Part shown: piece by piece, positions 20,575 through 28,547 of the stretch
Layout of the letters: every line of letters starts with the position of its first letter
Numbering within the stretch: position 1 is the first letter of the stretch
Origin: an uncultured archaeon
Lineage (GTDB): Archaea > Iainarchaeota > Iainarchaeia > Iainarchaeales > JAAZKV01
DNA: 64,000 nucleotides
Assembly (NCBI GenBank): GCA_964534045.1
Contig: CAZHNO010000001.1
Span: 1,786 to 65,785 of the forward strand
Reading direction: 5' to 3'
Notes under the pieces: generated by a model
The model's input: only the letters and a program-made list of their open reading frames with translations
The model's database searches: none
Told to the model about the DNA's origin: nothing
Made by a program: the position numbers and the translations under genes

Positions 20575-21646
20575 TTTTTTTAATTCACTAAATTATGCAA
20601 TTGAAAAAACAGATAGTGGCACTTTTTGGCCAGGGGGCGGTGGACAAATAGGTTCACCATTTGTTGCAATTGATGCTCTTGCCTTACACAATCAATTGCT
20701 TGAATTAAAAAAAAATAAAAGTGCTTCTGAATTAACAAACTTTTTTTATAATCCTTCTGTGATTCGCTATGTTGTTGTTGGAAATTTTATAATTGGACTA
20801 AAAGTTTTAATCCGTGATAAAAAGATTTCTCTTGAGTCTGCAAAAGAATCTCTTGAATTTTTTTTAGATATACTTGATTCAAAAATGGATTCAGACCCTT
20901 TTTGTGTTACTGGAAAAAATAATTGGTTTAGCCAAAAAAAAGTTAATATATTAGTTCAAAATTTAACTTTTAATAGTGCAGATGAAAAAGAACAGACACT
21001 CATTTCAAGAATGGTTATAGCTCTAAATTCTCTTGTTTGGTCTTTTTATTATGATATTTATGTTGAAGCAGGTTTTGAATTCCATGGACCTTATAATATT
21101 GAATTTAATGGAAAAAAATATTCTCTTTTAATAAGAGATTATCATGACTTAAAACCAATTGACCTTTGGGAGAATGCTAAAAAAATTAGTAATCAGTCAG
21201 TTAAATTGTATTTACTTTACTCTAGAGTTGACATAAAGCTAGATTATTTTATGCATGAATTATCAGATGAACCATTGCGAAAGAACCTCGCATTTTATGC
21301 AATTGAATTAACTGATTCTGAAGGCAAAAAAAGTTTTGTTCAAGTTAATGATTGTATAGAAATTATTGAAGAAGTAGAAAAAACTACATTTGAACAAGTT
21401 AATTTTGTAAACAAGCTTGATACTATAGAAAAAATAAAAAAAGGAGCAATGATTTGTTTTTATCAACTCAAAAGTTTTCGTGAAAAAATTGGTATTGATT
21501 GGAAACCATCAAAAGAAGTTTTTGAAGCAATTGATACAAAAGGTTTAGAAAAATGGGAAAAATTTAAAGCAAGAGCAAATGCCATTAGCACTGGAACTGC
21601 AAATATTGATTGGAGTGCAAAATACGATTTAAACAAGCCCTTGTAA
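20531..21646 (+). CDS. Hypothetical protein, overlapping and probably coupled to the swivel-domain gene
   Basis: 371-aa ORF with host-like codon use; EFHGPY and IRDY motifs; no family recognised. Confidence 0.6.
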   Translation: MQMKEWFMNQTKMNDFFNSLNYAIEKTDSGTFWPGGGGQIGSPFVAIDALALHNQLLELKKNKSASELTNFFYNPSVIRYVVVGNFIIGLKVLIRDKKISLESAKESLEFFLDILDSKMDSDPFCVTGKNNWFSQKKVNILVQNLTFNSADEKEQTLISRMVIALNSLVWSFYYDIYVEAGFEFHGPYNIEFNGKKYSLLIRDYHDLKPIDLWENAKKISNQSVKLYLLYSRVDIKLDYFMHELSDEPLRKNLAFYAIELTDSEGKKSFVQVNDCIEIIEEVEKTTFEQVNFVNKLDTIEKIKKGAMICFYQLKSFREKIGIDWKPSKEVFEAIDTKGLEKWEKFKARANAISTGTANIDWSAKYDLNKPL

Positions 21647-22654
21647 TTATAAAACAACACTACTTGTTTCACACTTTCTCGCCATTTCAATAATTTTTTT
21701 AGTATCCATATCAATTGTATTTTTATATGATTTTGAGAGTTTGTTTCCATTTCTATCTTTTACAACTGGAGTTATTAGAGTTAGTGGTTCTTCAAAATCT
21801 GGTTCAAACTCTTTAAGTAGCAAAGAATTAACATTCACACTTCCCCCATTATAATGATCTCCCCCTCGAATACACAAATCTATTTTAAGCAATAAAAGTC
21901 TTGGAATCAACAAAGGCTTGTGATAAATCCAATAATCAAATTCTGTTATATTTTTTTCAAATGTTTTTCCACATTTTTTACACTCAAATAGTGTTGTTGA
22001 TTTATTGATTTTTGTTTTACCATTTGATTCTTTGCAAGCTGGACAAATTGCACCAGCATAGTGTGCCAGTTCAGGAATTATTTTTTCACCAGTTGCTTTT
22101 TTTATAATTTCAGCAATCTTTTGAGGTTGCTGAATAGCTATTTTTAAATATTTTTGAAAAACTTTTTCACCAAGCAATGATGAATTTCTCACAAACTCAA
22201 TTTTTATTTTAGGAAACTCTTTTTCAAACGCATTTTTCATTTCTTTTCTTATCAACTCTTCATAGTGATCAATTATCTTTTCATGACATTTACCACTATC
22301 TAGCAGATTTCCAATATTTGTTTTTTCACAAATTATATTTGACCCATAGGTTGGTTCTTCAGTATCAAGATAGTCCGCAATCTTTTTGTAATAATAATTT
22401 TTACCATCAAATTCAAGATAGGATAATTCATTTGGCTCAAAATCATTTAGTGATATAAAAATAGTAAACTCTGGTTCTGTCCCATTCTTTTTTAGTTGTT
22501 CTGCAAGTAAATAGGGATAAGCAATTAATGCCATTTTATTCCCTGCGTGAAAACCAAATGGCCTTATTCCAATATGAATTTTTTCTTTGCCAGTTAGTTT
22601 CTTTGAAATTTCTTTTAAGCCATCCAAATACAAGTATGTTTTTTGTTTCATCAA
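21647..22654 (-). CDS. Class I lysyl-tRNA synthetase-like catalytic domain only (BlsK-like candidate aminoacyltransferase)
   Basis: GIRPFGFHAGN (HIGH-like), CPAC...CKKC, RGGDH, KLSKS near the C-terminus; too short for an anticodon-binding domain. Confidence 0.72.
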   Translation of the reverse strand: MMKQKTYLYLDGLKEISKKLTGKEKIHIGIRPFGFHAGNKMALIAYPYLLAEQLKKNGTEPEFTIFISLNDFEPNELSYLEFDGKNYYYKKIADYLDTEEPTYGSNIICEKTNIGNLLDSGKCHEKIIDHYEELIRKEMKNAFEKEFPKIKIEFVRNSSLLGEKVFQKYLKIAIQQPQKIAEIIKKATGEKIIPELAHYAGAICPACKESNGKTKINKSTTLFECKKCGKTFEKNITEFDYWIYHKPLLIPRLLLLKIDLCIRGGDHYNGGSVNVNSLLLKEFEPDFEEPLTLITPVVKDRNGNKLSKSYKNTIDMDTKKIIEMARKCETSSVVL

Positions 22655-23679
22655 TAATCAACTCTTGATAAAAATTTATTTGCTTGACAATTTATTGGAT
22701 CACAGGAATCACAAATTCCAGGTTTTCCAGCATTTTTCATTTTTTCTTTTCTATTTTTGCTTTCCCAAATGTGCTTCACCGAGTGTGTAAAAATATTCCC
22801 AAGTAAAAATTTATCCCCTTTATAGGGCGTGTTAGCGCATGGATAAACTGCACCTGTTGCATCAAGAAATAAAGTATATTTGGACACAGTACAATCTATA
22901 TTCTTATAAAAATTTTTTGTATAATTGCCTGCTAAAGTATTTTCCATGTCAGCTGGTTCACCAAAAACAAATGGATTTTCATGTCTCAATTTTGTGTTGG
23001 TTTTTGAAGCCATTTTCTTGATCATTGGAACAATCCTATCATTATAATCCTTAACCTGTGTTTCATTAAGAAATAAATTTTTATTTCCCCTAATTGGAAT
23101 TAAATTTAATTCATCAAACAATTTACCACCATATTCATCCATCAACTCATGAATGTGCTCATAATTCAAATTATTTACAACATAGTTTACGATAACCTTC
23201 TGATTTGGGGACTTTTTTTTAAGAAATTCTAAATTACCAATTATCTTTTCAAAACTTTTTATCCCCCTTATTCTATTATGAGTTTCTGCCCTAGAAGAAT
23301 CAATTGACACATGTATTTGCTTTGGTGAATACATCAGCACCCTATTTATTATTTCTCTTGACAAGGTAAATCCATTTGTTATAAACGAAAAATCCATCCC
23401 CAAATCTTTTGTCAACATCATTGTCTCAAAAAAATATGGATAGATTGTTGGTTCTCCACCAGTCAACCTTATTTCTTTTGTACCCAACTCTTTTGCATCA
23501 ATAACTGCATTTTTTATTTTTTCAAAAGTTAGACCAGAATCAGTTTTTTTCCAAAAATCACACATAATGCATCTTGAATTGCACCTATAGGATGGCCTAA
23601 TTATGAAAAGTAATGGTTTTGTTACGCCAGCTTTATCTAGTGATAACACTTCATTTTGCAGTAAATCATCCACTACCAA
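22651..23679 (-). CDS. Radical SAM/SPASM-twitch protein (BlsE/MilG-like candidate)
   Basis: CNSRCIMC, LTGGEPT, ITNG, SIDS...HNRIRG, C-terminal C...GAVYPC...LGNI...CDSC. Confidence 0.85.
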   Translation of the reverse strand: MVVDDLLQNEVLSLDKAGVTKPLLFIIRPSYRCNSRCIMCDFWKKTDSGLTFEKIKNAVIDAKELGTKEIRLTGGEPTIYPYFFETMMLTKDLGMDFSFITNGFTLSREIINRVLMYSPKQIHVSIDSSRAETHNRIRGIKSFEKIIGNLEFLKKKSPNQKVIVNYVVNNLNYEHIHELMDEYGGKLFDELNLIPIRGNKNLFLNETQVKDYNDRIVPMIKKMASKTNTKLRHENPFVFGEPADMENTLAGNYTKNFYKNIDCTVSKYTLFLDATGAVYPCANTPYKGDKFLLGNIFTHSVKHIWESKNRKEKMKNAGKPGICDSCDPINCQANKFLSRVDY

Positions 23680-24628
23680 ACACCTCTTGAATTAATTTAT
23701 AATATTTCCCAGCATACTTATTTTCTTTAAACTTTTTTGGCAGAATCGAAAAGTAAAAACTTTTTGATTCTTTACATGCCTTTGAAAAGGCAAGGTTTAG
23801 AATATTTTTTGGTGTAATGAAAACCTTTTCTTTGGCAACAGAAGAGTACATTCGTTTTTTTCCAAATAAGTTTGGAGTTGGCAAATAGGCCAAGTGGAAC
23901 AGCCTTTTGTTTTTTGATATACGCCTTGCAGTTTGTACTGCCTTTACTTGCTGAATATTTTCTACCACTAGAATGGTTGGATTTTTTATCTGGGTTAGCT
24001 CTTCCAAAAAATCAGGGAGATAGGTTACCAAAAATCGCTTATGAAGATTTACTTTTGTTTTATCCAATTTTAAAAAGGCTTCTTTCGCCCGATGGTCATT
24101 ATTTCCAATATAATATAATGTATCAAGTTCTTGTTGAGTAACTTTTTTTTCTATATTTTTTACATATTTTTCAATAAGCATATTTACTCTCTTTTCTGAT
24201 GTGTCAATAATCTGTATTTCTTCATAGTCAAGCGATTTGCTGATATCAGAAATAATTTTTTCAAATACTTTTTTTGTTTCAGACCAACTTTTTCCACTTC
24301 TCAATTCTTCTTCTTTTATACTTAGATAAATAAATGCTGGAACCTTAATTTCTTTTGCAAGCAAAATAAGATTTGTTAAATCATTAATACTTTCTATTGT
24401 AATAGAATCAAAATTATCCGTTATACATGGCCCACCAATTACTATTGTATTTTTGCTAAATTTTTTTGGAATTCCTTTTGTCACTCCTATGAATTGCCTT
24501 TGTTTCAATGTTTCCAAATCTAGCTCAGTTTTTTTTATTGAATCAAGCCCATATCGCTCATTAATTTTAGCACTTCCTTCCCAATACCACTCTCTCAAGA
24601 AGAAATCTAAACTATTAATTCTGTACAT
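23666..24628 (-). CDS. Degenerate tryptophanyl-tRNA-synthetase-like protein
   Basis: TILVVENIQQVKAVQTARRI and HLAYLPTPNLFGKKRMYSS..KVFIT recall the archaeal/eukaryotic TrpRS segments P.GIDQDP.FR..RD and FLP.L.G..KMSSS....IFL. Confidence 0.5.
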   Translation of the reverse strand: MYRINSLDFFLREWYWEGSAKINERYGLDSIKKTELDLETLKQRQFIGVTKGIPKKFSKNTIVIGGPCITDNFDSITIESINDLTNLILLAKEIKVPAFIYLSIKEEELRSGKSWSETKKVFEKIISDISKSLDYEEIQIIDTSEKRVNMLIEKYVKNIEKKVTQQELDTLYYIGNNDHRAKEAFLKLDKTKVNLHKRFLVTYLPDFLEELTQIKNPTILVVENIQQVKAVQTARRISKNKRLFHLAYLPTPNLFGKKRMYSSVAKEKVFITPKNILNLAFSKACKESKSFYFSILPKKFKENKYAGKYYKLIQEVFGSG

Positions 24629-25056
24629 ATTTCCCCTTCCAAAATTTTTGGTATTTCTGTTTCATCCCTAAACCTAATTATTTTTGAATCAGTAACTGAT
24701 GAAAGCCCATTAACCAGTGGAGAATATTCAGTTTCTTCATGAAGCAATAAAATTATTCTTTTGTTTAAAGCAGATGCCCACCCTAATTCTACTTGCACGC
24801 CTCCAGAAGGCGGATTTCCAACAATGGCTAAAAATAAATCACAATCTTGTATTTCTTTGAAATCTTCTTTTGTGCACACCAATGGGTGCATCAATTCTTT
24901 TCCAAATTTTTCTCTTTTATGCGCATTTCTTACAACATGTCCTTTTTGTTCAAGTTGTTCAATTAGGTTAATAATAAAATTAACTTTGTGAGTATGAACT
25001 ATACTTGTATTTTTATTAATGTCCTGAGTAAATGGCGCACCCAAAAATATTTGCAT
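24607..25056 (-). CDS. Nucleoside 2-deoxyribosyltransferase-family nucleotide N-glycosidase (BlsM/MilB/RCL-like)
   Basis: IFLGAPF, D..EIQDCD, PSGGVQVELGWA.AL.K.IILL, YSPLVNGL. Confidence 0.85.
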   Translation of the reverse strand: MQIFLGAPFTQDINKNTSIVHTHKVNFIINLIEQLEQKGHVVRNAHKREKFGKELMHPLVCTKEDFKEIQDCDLFLAIVGNPPSGGVQVELGWASALNKRIILLLHEETEYSPLVNGLSSVTDSKIIRFRDETEIPKILEGEICTELIV

Positions 25057-25057
25057 T

Positions 25058-26203
25058 TTAAACTCCTCCTAAAAGTTTATTTATTTCTTTTACTATTGCT
25101 GGCAGTCCATTTCCACCAAGTTTGTTAAAATATTTTTTTTGTTTTCTAGTAATTTTTTCTAGTTCTGCAGAATCTTTTTGAACAGAATCTAAAATATAAT
25201 TAGCGAGTTTATCCCAGCTTTTTCTATCACCATCAAATCTATTAACACATGCAAGTACTTTTTTTATTCCAGAAAGCTCATCTTCATTTTCATCAATTTG
25301 CACATCATAATAATCACTCCAGTTTAGTGAATTCTGGGCAAGACCTTGGTTATTAAATCCCCTAAGATTCCAAAATTGACTATAGTTTTGTGGTGGCAAA
25401 AAAAACACTGGAGTTCCAACGTTAAATGCTTCAAAACTTGTTGTCAACCCAGGTGAAGAAATTAACATTTTTGCTGATGCCAATTCTGCTATAAATTCAT
25501 CATGCCCTAAAAAGTCATAAGTTATTTTAGTGGATTTGTTTTTCCTCTGAAGCTCATCCATTACTTTTCCATTTCCAAGACAAAGAATTTTATCAAAATC
25601 TAATTTGCCTTCAATCTCGTCTAAGATTTTTGCTATGGCAAAAGGATAATTTGAGTTTTCTCCGATTTTTACTGATGCTGATTCCATTCCACCAAAATTT
25701 ATTATTAATTTATTTGATTTCTTTACTTTTGGATAATCTTTTACTATTGGGCCAACCAATCGTGGGTTCTTTATTTTATCAAAATAATTAGCCAACTGTT
25801 TTTCCACACCTTCAAAATTTTGTATAAAATAAATTTCAGAATTAAGTATTTCATCAGGAATTGTTTCCCACATCCAAAATAGACTATCTATTTGAATTTG
25901 TGGTTTTCCAATCCCATGCACAAACTTTGCAGATACTGGGTTCATTACATTTACAAAAATATCTGAGGTTTTTATGCGCATTTCCTGTTCTTTCAGAGAA
26001 TCTATGCTTTCCGTATTACATTGTATAAGTGAATCAATACGACTTTTGTTTGCAAGTTGTTGGCTAGTGCCCGAAACCATCATTGAGACACGATTGTCTT
26101 TACCAAGTTGCTCAGAAACAGTAAGCATTTTTGATACGGGCCCAAAACAAAAAGGAACTGCATCACATAGGATTGTGTGCATTTCACATGAAGACATAAA
26201 CAT
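25058..26203 (-). CDS. GT-B glycosyltransferase resembling cytosylglucuronate (CGA) synthase BlsD/MilC
   Basis: PFCFGPVSK, IDSLFWMW, LIINFGG, SSPGLTTSFEA..GTPVFFLPPQNYSQ. Confidence 0.68.
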   Translation of the reverse strand: MFMSSCEMHTILCDAVPFCFGPVSKMLTVSEQLGKDNRVSMMVSGTSQQLANKSRIDSLIQCNTESIDSLKEQEMRIKTSDIFVNVMNPVSAKFVHGIGKPQIQIDSLFWMWETIPDEILNSEIYFIQNFEGVEKQLANYFDKIKNPRLVGPIVKDYPKVKKSNKLIINFGGMESASVKIGENSNYPFAIAKILDEIEGKLDFDKILCLGNGKVMDELQRKNKSTKITYDFLGHDEFIAELASAKMLISSPGLTTSFEAFNVGTPVFFLPPQNYSQFWNLRGFNNQGLAQNSLNWSDYYDVQIDENEDELSGIKKVLACVNRFDGDRKSWDKLANYILDSVQKDSAELEKITRKQKKYFNKLGGNGLPAIVKEINKLLGGV

Positions 26204-26235
26204 TTATAAGCCCTATAATATATATTGTTTGTTAT

Positions 26236-26256
26236 TATGCTTTGAACAAAGGCATA
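26236..26256. promoter_or_regulatory. Imperfect palindrome in the short divergent intergenic region, candidate operator
   Basis: TATGCTTTG-AA-CAAAGGCATA between the divergent starts at 26203 and 26279. Confidence 0.3.
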
Positions 26257-26278
26257 TGATTATTTAATATGTGATTAA

Positions 26279-27547
26279 ATGGATATTAATAAGTATTTTG
26301 TGCCCCTGAGTAGCCATCGCCTTTGGTGGGAAAAAACCTTCCTATCAAAAATTCAGCCAAATCGAAGAATTAATGTTTATTATTCCCCAAATGCATCCGG
26401 ATTACACTACTTTTTTATTTCACAATTATGGTTTTTATCAAAACTCTCAGCTCTTGGCGATGTACACTACTACATAATTTTAAATGATCAGGTTTTTAAT
26501 AGCCCAAAAAATATACTTACAAAGGACGAAGCAAAAAAAGAAAGATTAAATGAAACTACTGCTGCTTTGAGTTTTTTTGGAGTAAACCCAGAAAAAATTC
26601 ATTGTTACTTTTATTCAGATTGTGTAAATAAATTGTTTTCTAAAAATCCCAGAACCCCATTTATTTTCTCAAAAAGCCTTAGACTTATTTCACCAAAAAT
26701 ACTTAATCTTCCAAAAATTAATATTGAATATGAATATTTAGGAGATGAACATAGTTACCCGTTATCTTACTACTTACCAAAAGTAATGGACTTACTTATT
26801 ACACAAGATTTTCATAACTTTTTTCCAGAAGATATTGATGGAAAAATTGACGTTTTCGTTTCAAGTTGGTTTGGAATGTCCTTAATATCAAAGCTTCATC
26901 CATTATTTGTAGAAAAGGGAATTGTTACCGATTTAAAACCAATTGTTGTTTCAACTAAAAAAGTGCCTTTTTTTGGACACAATAAAAGTTACTATCCAAG
27001 ACATATCGCACCAAGCATCAACATGAGTGTTGAAGATATTTATGAAGCCATAATTATTTACAATGTTAAGGAAGCACATATGGAAAGCTTACTTAAAGAC
27101 ATTTTAATACCAAACCTTGACAACGAGTTTTTCTTACCAAGCTCACCGGGAGAAGTAATAAAATCATCAAAAATAACTGACTTTAAAAAATTAAAATTTG
27201 AAAAAAAAGCATTATCCTTAGCTTACTCTTTCAATGAATTTTTTAAAAAAATAAATTCCTCCATTAAAGAATCTCCTAAAAAAAATTATTTGCTTATTGA
27301 AAACAATTCTGATTTGGAAGATATTAGCATATTATTCAAGTCTCCACTAGCTCTTCTTGTTCTAAACGAATGTGATGGAAAAACTATTTCAGAAATTTCT
27401 AAAAAGCTTGATAAACATCAACCAAATATAAGTAAAATAATTTCTAGTTTGAAACGTGCTGGGCTTGTTGAAAGTAATAATAAGGGCCATTTATTTGTAC
27501 AAGTTAACACAATAAAAGTAAATTTATCAAATATACTAAAAAAGTAG
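26279..27547 (+). CDS. TyrRS-like (catalytically degenerate) domain fused to C-terminal ArsR/MarR-like winged HTH; putative cluster regulator
   Basis: Segments align by eye to the TyrRS at 6242; C-terminal KTISEISKKLDKHQPNISKIISSLKRAGLVE HTH. Confidence 0.65.
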   Translation: MDINKYFVPLSSHRLWWEKTFLSKIQPNRRINVYYSPNASGLHYFFISQLWFLSKLSALGDVHYYIILNDQVFNSPKNILTKDEAKKERLNETTAALSFFGVNPEKIHCYFYSDCVNKLFSKNPRTPFIFSKSLRLISPKILNLPKINIEYEYLGDEHSYPLSYYLPKVMDLLITQDFHNFFPEDIDGKIDVFVSSWFGMSLISKLHPLFVEKGIVTDLKPIVVSTKKVPFFGHNKSYYPRHIAPSINMSVEDIYEAIIIYNVKEAHMESLLKDILIPNLDNEFFLPSSPGEVIKSSKITDFKKLKFEKKALSLAYSFNEFFKKINSSIKESPKKNYLLIENNSDLEDISILFKSPLALLVLNECDGKTISEISKKLDKHQPNISKIISSLKRAGLVESNNKGHLFVQVNTIKVNLSNILKK

Positions 27548-27551
27548 TTTT

Positions 27552-28043
27552 CTACAATTTTTTTATTTCTAAATACTTTGCAATCTTTGATCTTAAAAAA
27601 GGGGTTAATGATTTGGCTACTGCAAGCTGTTCATCCCTTGGAAGTCTTTCAAATGCCTTTATCATATTTGCTTGCGCTGTTTGTGGATTAAAAATTCTTT
27701 TTTTTAATTCAGAAGTATTAACTGCTGGGCGAATAACATCTTTCTTTTGAGGAATAAATTGAGCCCCTTGCTTTTTTCTTTCTGCTTTTTCTAGTTTTGC
27801 ATGCTCTCTTCTTTGAGCATCCAGCTCATGAAGTTCAACCATAGTTAATTTGCCTGACATTAACCCTTGAATCATTGAAGATATTTTTGTTACTTCATGA
27901 CTAGCATTTGCTTCCTGTGCAACCCTTAATCTTTTAGAAAGATGTTGATAAACAGGATGTTCCCAATATTTTTTTGGATCAAACCTTGGAATTCCATTAG
28001 GCACTTCTTTCATTTTTGGCTTTTGCTCTCTTTTTTTAGGCAT
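27552..28043 (-). CDS. Hypothetical basic protein
   Basis: 163-aa ORF; no recognisable motif. Confidence 0.55.
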   Translation of the reverse strand: MPKKREQKPKMKEVPNGIPRFDPKKYWEHPVYQHLSKRLRVAQEANASHEVTKISSMIQGLMSGKLTMVELHELDAQRREHAKLEKAERKKQGAQFIPQKKDVIRPAVNTSELKKRIFNPQTAQANMIKAFERLPRDEQLAVAKSLTPFLRSKIAKYLEIKKL

Positions 28044-28239
28044 GAAATAATATTCCCATTATAACAATAAAAGGTTTTCTATTACTTTTAACCATCCATA
28101 CTTTGTTTAACACCGGCACGCCCCTCTAAAAAAGTTTAAATTCTACTTTTCAATATATTTTGTTGACTAGAAAAAGACACAAAATTTTGATTATAAAAAG
28201 GTTTAAAAGGTTGAAAGAGGAATAAGTTATTATTGAATC

Positions 28240-28265
28240 CCCGGGGTTGTTTCGACAAACCCGGG
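28240..28265 (+). other. GC-rich hairpin with UUCG tetraloop in AT-rich intergenic DNA
   Basis: CCCGGG-G-TTGT-TTCG-ACAA-A-CCCGGG followed by a T-rich run. Confidence 0.55.
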
Positions 28266-28382
28266 CTTACTTTATTTTCAATAAAATCAAAAAAAGTTCC
28301 ACCTAATTAATTATCAAAGGCATCAAACCCAAGATAACTTTTTAAATACCGGGTGGTTAATATTCATTAAAGGTTGATTTAA

Positions 28383-28547
28383 ATGGCTAAAGTAATAAGA
28401 GCAACTCCTACTTTGAGAGGGGAAGAAGCAAATCTTTTCATTAAAGATATTCTAAAAAATGACAATGCAAGATTATCAAGACACCAAAAAAAGCTGTTTA
28501 GTTTTATTGAAAAAGCCCCTTTTTCTCTAGACGATTTCTCTCTTTAA
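28383..28547 (+). CDS. 54-aa micro-ORF absent from the ORF track; putative partner/antitoxin of the GNAT
   Basis: Manual translation MAKVIRATPTLRGEEANLFIKDILKNDNARLSRHQKKLFSFIEKAPFSLDDFSL; AGGTTGA RBS-like sequence upstream. Confidence 0.55.
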   Translation: MAKVIRATPTLRGEEANLFIKDILKNDNARLSRHQKKLFSFIEKAPFSLDDFSL

